A stretch of 64,000 nt of DNA from Candidatus Limnocylindrales bacterium. GTDB taxonomy: Bacteria > Chloroflexota > Limnocylindria > Limnocylindrales > CSP1-4. Each line of letters begins with the position of its first letter. Position 1 is the first letter of the stretch. Position numbers and translations under genes: made by a program. Location of the stretch: assembly GCA_035720425.1 (NCBI GenBank), contig DASTOB010000120.1, forward strand, positions 229-64,228, in the 5' to 3' direction. Positions 63,375 through 64,000 of the stretch are shown one piece after another. Below the pieces are notes generated by a model that searched no databases, was not told the origin of the DNA, and was given only the letters and a program-made list of their open reading frames with translations.

Positions 63375-63838
63375 TGCGCCGGCCGGACCTCGTCGACGTG
63401 TGGGTCTTCCGGATCGGGCCCGGCGGGGCGGAGATCCTGCTCCTGCGACGGGCGGCGGGCCGGGTGCTGGCGGGCCTGTGGCAGGGCGTGTCGGGCCTCG
63501 TCGAGCCGGGCGAGTCGATCGTCGAAGCGGCGCGCCGAGAGCTCCACGAGGAGACCGGGATCGATGGCGGCGCGAGCGAGGCGTTCCACCATCTCGACTA
63601 CGTCGCGGAGTTCCTGTGGTCTCCGTCCGACGCGCTCATGACGAGTGCCCACTTCGCGGTGCGGGTCCGGCCGGGGACGGAGCCGGTCTTGTCCGCCGAG
63701 CACGATGCGGCCCGCTGGGTCTCGATCGACGAGGCGCTCGCGGTCGCGGTCTGGCCCGGCTACCGCGAGGCGGTCGGGAGGATCCGCGACAACCTGCTCG
63801 ACCCGGAGCGGGCACGCTGGTTCGAGCTCGGCGGGTAG
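63374..63838 (+). CDS. NUDIX hydrolase (NudB-like)
   Basis: LLLRR...WQGVSGLVEPGESIVEAARRELHEETG Nudix box, LSAEHDAARW. TGATG coupling. Confidence 0.9.
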   Translation: MRRPDLVDVWVFRIGPGGAEILLLRRAAGRVLAGLWQGVSGLVEPGESIVEAARRELHEETGIDGGASEAFHHLDYVAEFLWSPSDALMTSAHFAVRVRPGTEPVLSAEHDAARWVSIDEALAVAVWPGYREAVGRIRDNLLDPERARWFELGG

Positions 63839-63875
63839 ACTTCGTGAAACGGCGGGCAGCGACGAGGAGGCGGGA

Positions 63876-64000
63876 TTGATCGAGCGATCGGCGGCAGGAC
63901 GGACGGTCGACCCGGGGGCGGCGACCCGCCGGGCCTTTCGGTCGAAGGTGGACTCGATTCGGCCGACCTACGGGTTCGAAGACGTGTCGCTCGCGCCCGG
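63876..64000 (+). CDS. 5' end of an IMP dehydrogenase-family (GuaB3-like) gene, truncated by the window end
   Basis: GAGGAGG RBS, TTG start, ...IRPTYGFEDVSLAP matches the IMPDH-family N-terminal (YGFDDIxLVP) pattern. Confidence 0.6.
   Translation, partial: MIERSAAGRTVDPGAATRRAFRSKVDSIRPTYGFEDVSLAP

Overview
High-GC (about 70%) bacterial chromosomal segment. Gene content and style suggest Chloroflexota, possibly Limnocylindria-like; this is an inference. No tRNA, rRNA, CRISPR array, transposase or integrase was found. Left to right: two Tad/Flp minor-pilin cassettes (TadE/TadG-like) that share an upstream GCAAGGT-N5-GCAAGGTC direct repeat, next to an OmpR-family two-component system; endonuclease III, a Phd-VapC toxin-antitoxin pair and glycerate kinase; a glucosylglycerate-type compatible-solute cluster with a USP-USP-GpgS fusion; a degenerate DNA-ligase domain protein; MFS, galE, CCA enzyme and HNH; leucine-catabolism (liu-like) genes whose carboxylase alpha subunit carries an N-terminal HTH; an XRE-nucleotidyltransferase pair; pdxST; a Ycf45-like AAA-R3H protein; a STAND adenylate cyclase; tldD/pmbA; a Ni/Co transporter; tmk, ECF sigma/anti-sigma, GGDEF and the c-di-AMP receptor darA; MaoC, MFS, DinB, NUDIX and the start of a guaB-like gene. 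The most notable region is 39.8-51.4 kb. It holds a SARP/BTAD STAND regulator, four SARP-type heptamer direct-repeat sites in near-identical promoter geometry, and three output-less multi-TM sensor modules plus an unannotated 67-aa ORF that all end in what looks like the N-terminal half of a GAF domain. It also holds a phosphatase/anti-sigma (PP2C-RsbW) fusion that begins with the apparently complementary GAF half and is separated from the adjacent sensor by a single in-frame TAG, two STAS proteins, and a lipoprotein nucleoside hydrolase. Together these form a candidate modular 'split-GAF' partner-switching system. Domain and family calls come from motif recognition by eye, not database searches. 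Many start codons were re-assigned relative to the supplied ORF track.
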